Origin: a virus
Length of the DNA stretch: 64,000 bases
Strand: one strand, 5' to 3'
IMG/VR virus record: IMGVR_UViG_3300010371_000030
Coordinates: 41,833-105,832 of that record
The position numbers and the translations under genes are program-made. This document shows, piece by piece, positions 49,308-58,586 of this stretch. The stretch's first letter is position 1. Every line of letters starts with the position of its first letter. The notes beneath the pieces were generated by a model. It was not told where the DNA came from. It ran no database searches and worked only from the letters and a program-made list of their open reading frames with translations.

Positions 49308-50453
49308 CTACTCCGCGCCGCAGTTCAAGCGCATGGAGCCGACCCAAATGACGGTGTCGTACGTGTACGTGCCGGCGGTAAGCCCGAACACGGACAGCGA
49401 AGTGGAAGAGCTGATGACGAGGCTGCCGCCGGTCAGCGTGCTATCCGTCAGCACGATCTTGTTCCCGCCCGAGCCTCCGACGGCGGCAGTCATCGACGGC
49501 CACGTGGACTCGATGGCAGCCAATACTGCTGGCCCGTTGGCGGACGTCGTGCTGCCATTGAACGTCAGCGTAGTGCTGCCACCGCCATTGACGTTCATCG
49601 TGAGCGCCTTACCATCGAGCGTTCCGCCCATTCCGAACAGCGAGCCAGACGTGACGTCGTTGGTCCCGGTCGTGCCGATCTTCGGACCCTGGATGGCCGC
49701 GACGAAGTATCCACCGCCATAGGTGATAGCAGCTCCAGCGCCGTATCCGATGTTGTTGATGAGCGTCGGACTTGCGACGGATCCATACGCCGTCATCGAT
49801 CCACCGTCCGATGGATTGATGTCGAAGTATCCATCCGGAGTAGCCAGCGAGATGGCGCCTCCAGTCGACGTATCGACAGCCACCACATCCACACGAGCGG
49901 AGCAGAAGTCACCGCTTGTAGACACGGGCAGGACCATCACGGACTGATTGCTCGCATCCATGGTCGTGACGCGCCCCGACGTACGCCGCTCGGTGCCGTC
50001 GACCAGCGACGCCAGGCCTTCTGTCGGCACCGGGAGCACGAGCTGCTGGGTGATCTCCATCACGCCGGGAACGCCCGCGTCCAGCTCCGTGACGCCCTGG
50101 ATGGACATGGTAGCGTTGGATTGGTCCCAGAGCAGCGGCGCGACTGCCGAGGTAGGCAGACTGTAGTAGCCAGGCGGAAGCGTTCGCGTGGACATGCCGA
50201 TGGGCCGAGGTGACGGCGCTCCGGCATCGGCAGGCTCGGACGGGCACGAGCACGCAGGGCACGACGTCGGCGCCGCAGAGGTGACAGGCGAGGCGGAGGC
50301 GACCGTCAGTTGCGGCGTGCCGTAGCGCGTGTGGAGGATGTTCGAGACGATCGCCAGGATCAGCGCGATGACCGTGCCGACCACGTGGATGAACTGGCGA
50401 CGGCGGGCGATGTCTTCGGGCGAGGGCTTGTTGTCTTCGGGCTTCGTGTCCAT
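49308..50453 (-). CDS. Membrane-anchored beta-rich protein
   Basis: TM VVGTVIALILAIVS; G/S/T-rich ectodomain; AAGGAG RBS. Confidence 0.65.
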   Translation of the reverse strand: MDTKPEDNKPSPEDIARRRQFIHVVGTVIALILAIVSNILHTRYGTPQLTVASASPVTSAAPTSCPACSCPSEPADAGAPSPRPIGMSTRTLPPGYYSLPTSAVAPLLWDQSNATMSIQGVTELDAGVPGVMEITQQLVLPVPTEGLASLVDGTERRTSGRVTTMDASNQSVMVLPVSTSGDFCSARVDVVAVDTSTGGAISLATPDGYFDINPSDGGSMTAYGSVASPTLINNIGYGAGAAITYGGGYFVAAIQGPKIGTTGTNDVTSGSLFGMGGTLDGKALTMNVNGGGSTTLTFNGSTTSANGPAVLAAIESTWPSMTAAVGGSGGNKIVLTDSTLTGGSLVISSSTSLSVFGLTAGTYTYDTVIWVGSMRLNCGAE

Positions 50454-50466
50454 CGTACTCTCCTTG

Positions 50467-50955
50467 TCAGCTCAGCGAAGGCGTCTGTGCGATGTTGATC
50501 TCCACGCGCATCGACCAGTTGATGTTCCGACTGGCCATGCCCGTGATCTCAATCTCCAGGGAGCTTTCGCCGTCGCGATTGTAGTACATGTTCGTGACGC
50601 CGGCCGGGACGCTGTCGCCGGTGAACGTGGAAGCCTTCAGCGGCGCTCCGCCCGCTCCCGGGTTGAACGTGCCACCGAACGTGTCGAATGGTCCATAGCT
50701 GTAGTTGGAAAAGCTATGGCTACCATCGTTGCCAGCCAAGTCGATTGCGATCGACCCGCACGCGGAAGCGGGGATGGGAAACTTGGCCATGATGATCGGC
50801 GTAGCATCCGGCGTGCTTGCCTTGGCGATGATCCGGGAAGGGACCGCCGGAATGTCAGCGATGTCGCCGCCATCGCCGAACACGATGTTGCCGAGCGCAT
50901 CGACCCAGACGATGATCTTGCTGCTCCATTGGAGCAGGACGGTAGGAGAGCCCAT
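50467..50955 (-). CDS. Hypothetical beta-rich protein
   Basis: 162 aa, GGAG RBS. Confidence 0.55.
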   Translation of the reverse strand: MGSPTVLLQWSSKIIVWVDALGNIVFGDGGDIADIPAVPSRIIAKASTPDATPIIMAKFPIPASACGSIAIDLAGNDGSHSFSNYSYGPFDTFGGTFNPGAGGAPLKASTFTGDSVPAGVTNMYYNRDGESSLEIEITGMASRNINWSMRVEINIAQTPSLS

Positions 50956-50988
50956 GACTCCAAGCGTACTTGCCGTGCTCGGAGCGTG

Positions 50989-51852
50989 CTAGCGTCGATG
51001 TAATAAAGGCTCGGAGCGACGCTTGCGATGGAACTCACGCTTGATATGGTGACGTTTCCACGGACGACGCGAGGCAGGGCTGCCCGGGCGAGGCGGCACA
51101 CTAGGACGTCGCCACTTGGCGCGCTCCTCATTCCGAAGCAAGACGAGGTAGCCAAAGTGGAAGTCATCGAACGTCGCATCCATCTCGGTCGCCATCGACA
51201 TCAGCGCTTCGCGCGTCATCGTCGACAGATCCAGCGTCGCCGCCTTGGCCGCCTCCGCCAATCGTAGAAGCATCCTGTCAATCTCTTCCTTGAGATTGTC
51301 GGGCATGCCAATGTCGTGGAGCGCCTTGGCCCACTCATGAATCCATCCAGGCACAGGCATGCCGTACCTATCCAGCTTGCCTACTTCGATGTCACGAGCG
51401 AGCTTGGCATAGGCTTCGGTGATCTCCTTGGAAAGCTCGCTCGTGGTAGTGTATCCACCCGAGTGGATGGCGCCTCGGAGTGCTTCCGTGCGGCCTGAGC
51501 GACGGCTGCCTACACTAACGCTGATAGGCGCCGCATCCCTGATCTTCGCCAGCGTCTCGTCATCGATGTCGAATCTATCCACGATGACGAACGTTCCAGG
51601 GCGTTCGCCCTTGCGTACCATCACAGCCACGGACTTGTCGCTGCTACCAGGCTTGGCGAGATCCACCGCAATCGCGTCCACGGCGCCTTCGGGCCAAACC
51701 ATCCCGTCCCTGGCAACGCGCGCCTTCAGCAACTCTTCCTGCCACGGAAGGAACTGCGGCAGAACGTCGGCCGGAGCCGGGCGCCGCTCGGGCTCCTCGG
51801 CCGCTCCCGGCAAGCCCTCCGATGCCGCCGCTCTGAGCGCTTCCAGCTTCAT
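50989..51852 (-). CDS. Hypothetical protein
   Basis: Start MKLEALR with ATGA overlap. Confidence 0.55.
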   Translation of the reverse strand: MKLEALRAAASEGLPGAAEEPERRPAPADVLPQFLPWQEELLKARVARDGMVWPEGAVDAIAVDLAKPGSSDKSVAVMVRKGERPGTFVIVDRFDIDDETLAKIRDAAPISVSVGSRRSGRTEALRGAIHSGGYTTTSELSKEITEAYAKLARDIEVGKLDRYGMPVPGWIHEWAKALHDIGMPDNLKEEIDRMLLRLAEAAKAATLDLSTMTREALMSMATEMDATFDDFHFGYLVLLRNEERAKWRRPSVPPRPGSPASRRPWKRHHIKREFHRKRRSEPLLHRR

Positions 51853-52259
51853 CGCTTCCTGCCCGCTCCCGCCAAACGGAAGCCTGACGCCGGTCCGCTC
51901 GCTTCGTCGTCGGGAGCGGGCGTTGGCCGCGTTGGCGCCGTCGCCGCCCACGCCATCGCTTGCCGTACGTTCTCTGCGGCTCCAAGGAAGATGGAGAACA
52001 GGTAGTGCTGATCGCCCGCTCCGGAGCGACGGGAACACGGAGCGACCAGAATCGCGTCGTGCTGGTACTGGTACCAGCCAGGCCCTTTGAAGACAAACGG
52101 TCGCCCGTCTGGATGCAGCGTTTCCTGGGCGTGCGCGATGGTCATCTCTGCCGCCGCGTGCGCCTCCACCAGGAGCGCGGCGACGTCCACGACGATGCGC
52201 CCGCCGTCGGGCCCGTCGATGGTAGCGTCTTGCCACTCGTTGTCACGTTCGTGTGCCAT
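51849..52259 (-). CDS. Hypothetical protein with KGPGWY motif
   Basis: FVFKGPGWY shared with 53156..55075. Confidence 0.55.
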   Translation of the reverse strand: MAHERDNEWQDATIDGPDGGRIVVDVAALLVEAHAAAEMTIAHAQETLHPDGRPFVFKGPGWYQYQHDAILVAPCSRRSGAGDQHYLFSIFLGAAENVRQAMAWAATAPTRPTPAPDDEASGPASGFRLAGAGRKR

Positions 52260-52275
52260 GGCGTCGTGAAGCGAG

Positions 52276-52602
52276 CTAGCGGCCGGGCGGAGAGCCCGCT
52301 GGCTTCGTCGGAAAGGCGGGCGCCGTGAACGACACCGAGACGTCGATGCCCGTCGTGGGGTCCAGCGGGATGGGCTCCGCTCCTCTGTCGGCGTTGAGCG
52401 TGATGTACGTCTCGCCCACGTCCGTGACGCGCGTCTGGATGGCGCCAAGCCGCCCGAAGCGCCCGTTGATCGTGATCTCGGGCTTCACCCCGAACATCCC
52501 CTGGAAGGCGCGGGACACTTGAGCGATCTGGGCCGCCGTCGGGGCGTCGAGCATGACGGCTCCGGCGAGCCTCGGGTGTTTCGTCTTCATTCGTCTAGAC
52601 AT
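52276..52602 (-). CDS. Hypothetical protein
   Basis: 108 aa. Confidence 0.55.
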   Translation of the reverse strand: MSRRMKTKHPRLAGAVMLDAPTAAQIAQVSRAFQGMFGVKPEITINGRFGRLGAIQTRVTDVGETYITLNADRGAEPIPLDPTTGIDVSVSFTAPAFPTKPAGSPPGR

Positions 52603-53155
52603 TCCCTTCCACCCCCAATCGTTACATCAGATGTTTACATACGGCGCGTGGCCTTTGGAGGACATAGCGGCGATGGACGCGTGTTCGTCAGGACGGCGGA
52701 TGCTGATACATCTGAAAACCATGTTCCCGTCCGTCCGCACATCCACAATGCGCCACCTATCGCCGCCAAGAGGGTGGCGGAACACCCGCTCAAGTCGATT
52801 ACCTTGTCGGGCACCCAGCCATCGCACTTCCGAACAGTCGCCCGTTCGCCTCGGGCCATCCACACATGTACTTCGGTATCATCAGATACAAGCGTGGTGT
52901 CTTGTCGCACGAGAGCCAGCCGGTTGCCCTCTTGGTTCCGCATGTTCCACAGGAACGTTCCTGCCTTCCAAACGGCCGGAGGGGGCGGAGGCGGAGGGGC
53001 GAACCTGGACCTGAACGCATCAAGCTTCACAGAATCACCTTCCTGGAACGGCTTGCCATCATCCTGCTTGGTTTCCGCCCACGACCACCCCGACCTATGA
53101 CGGACGGGGCGCGCGTTGGCAGGGGACGCCGCGCTGTCACGGCGTCCCGCCTAGC

Positions 53156-55075
53156 TCACTTCCTGCGGCCGTCGCCCTTCGGGGCGCGCCTCGGAGGCGG
53201 AGGGGGCTTGTCGCTGCGCAGGTAGGTGCTGATCATCGCCAGCGGTTCCTGCGGAGCCACGAGCTCCCTTCCTCGCACATAGTCGTCGACGCTGAGTCCC
53301 GACCAAGCGGCGATCGCCGCGAGGCTGTCGACGTCGGGCCGCTTTCCCTGCGCCATGCGTGTGAGCGTCGACGCGCTGATCCCTGCCTCCTGGGCGAGCT
53401 GCTTCCAGTTCTTCCCCCTGGCGATGCGGACCGCGTCGAGAGCCGAGAAGAACGCATCGGCGTCGAACGCCCCCGCACGGATGGCAGGCGGCTCAGTTGC
53501 AGGCGAGGACGCCGGCGGGCGAGGGGGCGCCGAGGGATGCCCCGACCCGGTGGATTTGACTCTTGCAATTCGGTTCGCCATGTGCAATTTGACTCTAGCA
53601 ACTGGCCGCTGCGGCAGCAAGCGCCCAGTGAGGAGGGGCGAAGCGGGGCGGTGGCGCAACGCCTCGATGTCCTCAAGCGTCGCTCGGGCCATGTCCGTCG
53701 CGACGGTCGGGTTGGCCAGCAGCCACTCCTCCAGGTGCGCGAGCATCGGGATGTCGCCGTACACGATGGTGCCGTCCGCCTTCTTGGCACGCAGCTCCTG
53801 GAGCAGGATGACCTTGTCCGACAGCGTAGCGCGCGCCTCGGCCGCCCCGGTGGCCGCGTGGAACGGGTTTGGCGTCCGAGCCGGAGCGAGACGCCACGAG
53901 CCGACCTTGGCGTGTCCCACAGTCTTGATGTCGAAGTCCAGCACGCCTGCGTCGCCCATCTTCGTCAGGAGCGCGGCCAGGACGGTGATCTGCTGGCTCC
54001 GCTCCGGGGCGAGTGTGAGCGCCCCCAGACGGTCCGCTCGTGACAGCGCCTCGTGGATCTCCGCCGCGGAGTAACGCTGTGAACCCTTCGACATCTCCGC
54101 CAACGTCACGCGGATGTTGTTACGCATCCCCTCGGTGTCGATGGACGTCTGGCGCTGGTAGCGGCGCGGTCGGATGTCGATGCTCTCCAGGACGGCGCGA
54201 CCATCCTCCACGAGAACCGTGAGCGCCTCCGTCACCAGGACGATGCCGCTGGCACCCAACGCAGCGGCGGTCTCCGCCACGAGTCCGACATCGCGGTGCC
54301 GCATACGGTCGTGGATCTGCTCGGCCGTGGCGTATCCCTCCGCGGGAAGCATCGCCAGCACGGCATCCCGGAAGCGCGCGGTGATCTCCTCGCCCTCGGG
54401 CGTCGCCGGGCGCATCTCTTCCTTCACGGAATCCAGCCCCGTCGTGTCGCGGTGGAAGTCTTCCACGTACAGCGGCCCCTCCCTGCCCATGACGTTGCCG
54501 GGAAGGTCCGTCGAGATGACCAGACGCCCGTCCCCCTTCCAGTCGTACATGACATCGAAGGCGCCATCGCTGTCGGCGGTGATGAGACGGAGGCGAGTGC
54601 CCGGCTGGATGTGGACCTCGATGGGCTTGCCGCCCTCGACATCATCGAGCGAGCGCGACGCGATGACCTCGACGGCGCGACGCTCGCCCGGCTCGTGGAA
54701 CGGAAGCGAAGCGATGTAGGCGAACGTGTCGACGGGCGACGGCCATCCGGGCGCCTCGCCGATGGGGTCGAAGGCAAAGAACCAGAACAGCTGGTCGTTG
54801 TCCTTTGCGTCCGTCCCGTGGAGGCGCGTGGTCCAAGGCACGAGCTCAACGCCAGGCCCCTCCGCCTTGTCCACCTGGATGGCCGGCAACACCAGGAGCA
54901 GGTAGTCTGGATGCGGGTACCACCCCGGCCCCTTGTACATGAAGTCCTTGTAGTTGGCCTCCGCCTGCGCGACGGTGATCCGCTCGTGGCTGTTGGGCCG
55001 GAAGATTCCCGGGTCCACGGACTTGTACCCGAGCATGGTGAAGATGGCCGGAACGATGGAGCTGTGAGGTTTCAT
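53156..55075 (-). CDS. Mosaic multidomain protein: KGPGWY domain, two winged-helix-like segments, C-terminal XRE-family HTH
   Basis: NWKQLAQEAGISASTLTRMAQGKRPDVDSL HTH; ATAEQIHD and YSAAEIHE wHTH-like starts; GAGGAG RBS. Confidence 0.75.
   Translation of the reverse strand: MKPHSSIVPAIFTMLGYKSVDPGIFRPNSHERITVAQAEANYKDFMYKGPGWYPHPDYLLLVLPAIQVDKAEGPGVELVPWTTRLHGTDAKDNDQLFWFFAFDPIGEAPGWPSPVDTFAYIASLPFHEPGERRAVEVIASRSLDDVEGGKPIEVHIQPGTRLRLITADSDGAFDVMYDWKGDGRLVISTDLPGNVMGREGPLYVEDFHRDTTGLDSVKEEMRPATPEGEEITARFRDAVLAMLPAEGYATAEQIHDRMRHRDVGLVAETAAALGASGIVLVTEALTVLVEDGRAVLESIDIRPRRYQRQTSIDTEGMRNNIRVTLAEMSKGSQRYSAAEIHEALSRADRLGALTLAPERSQQITVLAALLTKMGDAGVLDFDIKTVGHAKVGSWRLAPARTPNPFHAATGAAEARATLSDKVILLQELRAKKADGTIVYGDIPMLAHLEEWLLANPTVATDMARATLEDIEALRHRPASPLLTGRLLPQRPVARVKLHMANRIARVKSTGSGHPSAPPRPPASSPATEPPAIRAGAFDADAFFSALDAVRIARGKNWKQLAQEAGISASTLTRMAQGKRPDVDSLAAIAAWSGLSVDDYVRGRELVAPQEPLAMISTYLRSDKPPPPPRRAPKGDGRRK
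53554..53601. promoter_or_regulatory. Pair of operator-like boxes ATTTGACTCT(T/A)GCAA
   Basis: Copies at 53554-53568 and 53587-53601 flanking an in-frame ATG (53581) upstream of the HTH domain. Confidence 0.6.
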
Positions 55076-55171
55076 GGCTGATCTCCTCGGGCGCCTTCGG
55101 GCGCCTCTGACGCCGAATGCCGGCGAGCCCGAAGGCTGCCGGCACGCGCGCGTATGGCTGAGACGGCCCAG

Positions 55172-55564
55172 CTAGTCGTGTTCGCCTTCCTCGGCCAGCA
55201 TCGCGGCCGGTCCGTCGAGATTGGACAGGCTGACCACATTCGCCTCCACGAAGCGGTAGCCGTCGGTGGGACGCCCGATGGAGCGGTACATGAACGCGCG
55301 GCGCGGCGCGGCCATCGCCAGCAGCGTAGGAACGGGGTGGATGAGGTCGCCCCAGTTGACGGAGCCGCTGTTCGCGGCCCATCGGCTGTACAGCCGGGCG
55401 AGCCTCGTCATCTCATCCACCCCCATCGGCGCCTTGACGTCGGCCGGGAGCAGGCCGGGCACCGGGGAAGGGACGAGGATGACGCCCGTGTCGAGGTGTT
55501 CTTGGGCGTCGACCAGCCCCACGAGCTTGCCGGTGATGTCTAGAAGCTGCGCTCTCACCTTCAT
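55172..55564 (-). CDS. Hypothetical protein
   Basis: 130 aa. Confidence 0.55.
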   Translation of the reverse strand: MKVRAQLLDITGKLVGLVDAQEHLDTGVILVPSPVPGLLPADVKAPMGVDEMTRLARLYSRWAANSGSVNWGDLIHPVPTLLAMAAPRRAFMYRSIGRPTDGYRFVEANVVSLSNLDGPAAMLAEEGEHD

Positions 55565-55568
55565 GGCG

Positions 55569-56192
55569 TTATCTCATGTCGTGCTTGATGATGTAGTCGT
55601 AAGCATCGTCGAACAGCGCCCGGATGGGATCGGCCGCGCTCCGCCCGACGGTCGCGATGCGCGTCCAGGCGGAGTCCTTGCCCATCTCGGAGTCGATGGC
55701 AACTCCGTTGTCGATGGTGTAGAACTTGACCCGACGGTTGAGACCGACCGAGACCACGAAGCGCGCGATGGAGTGCTCCGCCTCGGGCGAGATGTTCACG
55801 TGGCCGAGGCCCACGCACATGATCGCCATCGTCCCGTGCCCCCGAACAGGCGACTGCCGAGGCTCGGACGTCGGCGCGGGCTCCGGGGTGCCGTCGAGGT
55901 CCAAGCCGTCGGAGCGCCGCATCACCTGGACGCTCCGAGAATCGCCGCGCCGGAAGCCGCCCGGTGGAAGCGTCCCAGGCGGGGTGTCCGTTCGGAGGGC
56001 CATGTACTTACGCCAGGCGATGGCCTCATCCTCCGCGCCCGGACCGCCGTGGGGGCCGGACACGCCGGTGCCCTTGTAGTGGTATCCGTGCGCCTCGCTG
56101 GGCTTCTTGGTCCACTCGCCACGAGGGTGCTTCAGATACCACTGCTGGATCTTGATGATCCACTGGTTCCCACGCTGTCTCTCGGTCGCCAT
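55569..56192 (-). CDS. Hypothetical protein
   Basis: GGAGG RBS before MATERQRG. Confidence 0.6.
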   Translation of the reverse strand: MATERQRGNQWIIKIQQWYLKHPRGEWTKKPSEAHGYHYKGTGVSGPHGGPGAEDEAIAWRKYMALRTDTPPGTLPPGGFRRGDSRSVQVMRRSDGLDLDGTPEPAPTSEPRQSPVRGHGTMAIMCVGLGHVNISPEAEHSIARFVVSVGLNRRVKFYTIDNGVAIDSEMGKDSAWTRIATVGRSAADPIRALFDDAYDYIIKHDMR

Positions 56193-56325
56193 CAGCGCGC
56201 CTCCATCTTGGAACGAACGACATCCGCCAACTTGGCCTTGGCGTGGGCGTACATCGAAACGAAGTAGCAGAGCCGGCAGAAGCACACCAGGGCGGCGAGC
56301 TTTGCCAGGCAGTAGACCGTCTCCA

Positions 56326-56793
56326 TCAGCCGTTCTCCCGGCCGGGCGTCTCCAGGACGCTCGGCACGGTCCCGGGCGTGTAGCCGAAGGTGGACGCTGC
56401 GGGCTTCCTCCGCTGGTACGCCGGCCGCTTGGCCAGCGGGATGGTGCCCTTGTCGGCGTACGCGCGGATGGCGGCATCCCGCGTCGCCTCGGTCCGCTTC
56501 TTGAGGAGGGCCGTCACCGCCTCCACCGGCACCGAGCGCGCGCCCTTCCGGCCGTAACCCGTCCCGCACCGGGCGAGCCTTCGGCGCAGGCACCTCGGGC
56601 TCGCCTCCATGTTCGGGATGACGCCCTGGTGGAAGGCCTGGCGCGTCGTCGCCCACCGGCAGCTGACGCCGTCGGCCAGCGCGAAGGGCGCCTGGTGGAT
56701 CTCCTGGGTGATGTCCGTGAGGGAGCGGAAGGGCTCGTGGCGGTTGGCGAGGAGCATACGAGGCAGGGAATCGATGTCGCGGTCCTGGTTCAT
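56326..56793 (-). CDS. Hypothetical basic protein
   Basis: AAGGAG RBS before MNQDRD. Confidence 0.55.
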   Translation of the reverse strand: MNQDRDIDSLPRMLLANRHEPFRSLTDITQEIHQAPFALADGVSCRWATTRQAFHQGVIPNMEASPRCLRRRLARCGTGYGRKGARSVPVEAVTALLKKRTEATRDAAIRAYADKGTIPLAKRPAYQRRKPAASTFGYTPGTVPSVLETPGRENG

Positions 56794-56896
56794 GGCAGTT
56801 CTCCTTGTCGGTTCTTGTCGCAGTCGGCGCTCGCCCCGGATAGGCTCCGAGGCGCGCGGCGGCTGGGGAGCGTTTCGAGCGCGCTCCCGTCGCCCG

Positions 56897-57160
56897 CTAG
56901 CCCTCGCCTCCGCCTTCGGTGATACGGAGCCACGAGACGATGGCGCGGTGTTCGACGCTCGCCCGATCGATGGAGCCCGCGGCGCAGGCGCCGTAGATGA
57001 TGACGTTGGGGTACACGACCTCACCATCGTGGATGTCGTAGATGTTCGCAGGGACGTCCGGATTGTCGACCAACTCGGGCGGGTCCGTGTGGTCGCCGCG
57101 GAGGCGCATCACCTTCCCGTCGGACACGTGGAGCACATACTTGAAGCCGTGGTTGCTCAC
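56897..57160 (-). CDS. Hypothetical protein
   Basis: GGGAG RBS, GTG start. Confidence 0.5.
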   Translation of the reverse strand: MSNHGFKYVLHVSDGKVMRLRGDHTDPPELVDNPDVPANIYDIHDGEVVYPNVIIYGACAAGSIDRASVEHRAIVSWLRITEGGGEG

Positions 57161-58152
57161 TTGGACGCTCCCTTTGCGGCGAGGGCGCGACGCTCGTTGG
57201 CGAGGCGGAGCCACGGCCGCTTGCCGTAGTTGTCAGTCTTGGGCGCTTCGGGTGCCTTCTTGGTGGAAGCGAGCGTGGCTGCGTTTTCCGCGGCCATAGC
57301 GCCCTGGATTACCTCGCCCGCGTACGCCGGAGCGTTCTTGGCCACCTTCGGCTCCAGCACCTTGTGGATCTTGGTGGCCCGAACGCCATACACCACCTGC
57401 CCGGTGCTACGGCGGATGTCGTACTTGGGCGGAAGCTGCCGAGCGTCCGTGGGCCGGGCGGGCGTTTCGTGGCGCTCGATGATGGTCCCGTCGAGGAAGC
57501 CGCTGTTGGAGTTGTTCCAATACTGGACGCGCGTGCCAGGGGTGAGCTGGTCGAAGTCCTTGCCCGGAGGTGTGCCGATGGCCGGCCCGATGGGCGGAGG
57601 CTCGGGCGTAGCGACGGGCGCGGGCTTCGCGCGGTCCCAGGCCTCGTTGATGAGACGGACCACCTTCGCGGGCGTCTTGGCCATCGGGAGCGGCTGGTTG
57701 CCAGGAACGGTCGACCAGTAGAAGCCGCCCACCCGCTCGTCCCGAAAGCCGAAGATGTGGATGCCGCTGCCGCCGTCGTTGGAGCCGTGGACCTTGTAGT
57801 GGGCGTCCGTGAGCGCCGTCCGTACGGCGTCGCGCTGGGGCTGGTCCGCGGCGGCCGGGATGCCCCGGGGCGCCTCCGCCTTGGGAGCGGACGGCGGAGC
57901 CGGAGGCGGGGCGACGGGAGCGGGCGGAGGCTCGGGCGCCTTCGTGGCGGGTGCTTCCGTGGCGACGTTGTCGATGAGCGTGGTGAGCTTGACATAATCG
58001 CCCACGCGCGAGAGGCGCACGAGCGTCCCCTGGAAGCCCAGAACCTTGTATTGGTCGCCCGCCTTGTGGTTGACGCCGCTCGTGGCGGCGCCCGTGCGAA
58101 GGTCAACCTTGAGCCACACCTTGTCGTTCCGCTTCATCGTCTCGATGTCCAT
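57157..58152 (-). CDS. Multidomain early protein with SH3/Tudor-like segments and P/A linkers; probably leaderless
   Basis: MKRNDKVWLK...GDQYKV and LTPGTRVQYW...GTIIE; ATG lies 7 nt after a -10 hexamer. Confidence 0.65.
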   Translation of the reverse strand: MDIETMKRNDKVWLKVDLRTGAATSGVNHKAGDQYKVLGFQGTLVRLSRVGDYVKLTTLIDNVATEAPATKAPEPPPAPVAPPPAPPSAPKAEAPRGIPAAADQPQRDAVRTALTDAHYKVHGSNDGGSGIHIFGFRDERVGGFYWSTVPGNQPLPMAKTPAKVVRLINEAWDRAKPAPVATPEPPPIGPAIGTPPGKDFDQLTPGTRVQYWNNSNSGFLDGTIIERHETPARPTDARQLPPKYDIRRSTGQVVYGVRATKIHKVLEPKVAKNAPAYAGEVIQGAMAAENAATLASTKKAPEAPKTDNYGKRPWLRLANERRALAAKGASK

Positions 58153-58200
58153 GTTCCCGAAGCTAACGCCTTCCCATCCACCCGTCGAGAAAAAAGCGAC
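58153..58200 (-). promoter_or_regulatory. Early promoter, leaderless
   Basis: GTCGCTTTTTT-C-TCGACG-N17-TAGCTT-N7-ATG. Confidence 0.65.
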
Positions 58201-58530
58201 CAGCCATCCGTTTTTTCTTCTGAGATGGAAGCGCTCGGGCGGCCTGGCCCGCCGTCCGAGGCGCGTTACAACCCGCCGTGGTGCCACGCTGACACAGGGT
58301 GCCACCGTCCTGCAACCGAGCCCACCTGCCCAGGCCGGAGTCCATCAGGCGTGACAATCGTTGTGCCTGCTGACACAGCATCGGGCGACACAGCCTACCT
58401 GGCACGAGCGCTTCGCCGCCGTTCGCCGGGCGAGCGTTCCGGCGGCAGGTAGGAGGATGGGCGTGGAGGTAGGATAGCGCGACGCGTCGGCGCTTGATAA
58501 CAGGCGCCAAGGTAGGAGCCCGAAACGACA

Positions 58531-58563
58531 CGAGGCGCCTCCGGCCGGAGCCGGGGCGCCTCG
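58531..58563 (-). terminator. GC-rich hairpin after the 58587..59099 gene
   Basis: CGAGGCGCC...GGCGCCTCG stem with CGGA loop; same family as 61744-61776. Confidence 0.55.
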
Positions 58564-58586
58564 GAGGGCGGAGCGAGCCGAGCGAG

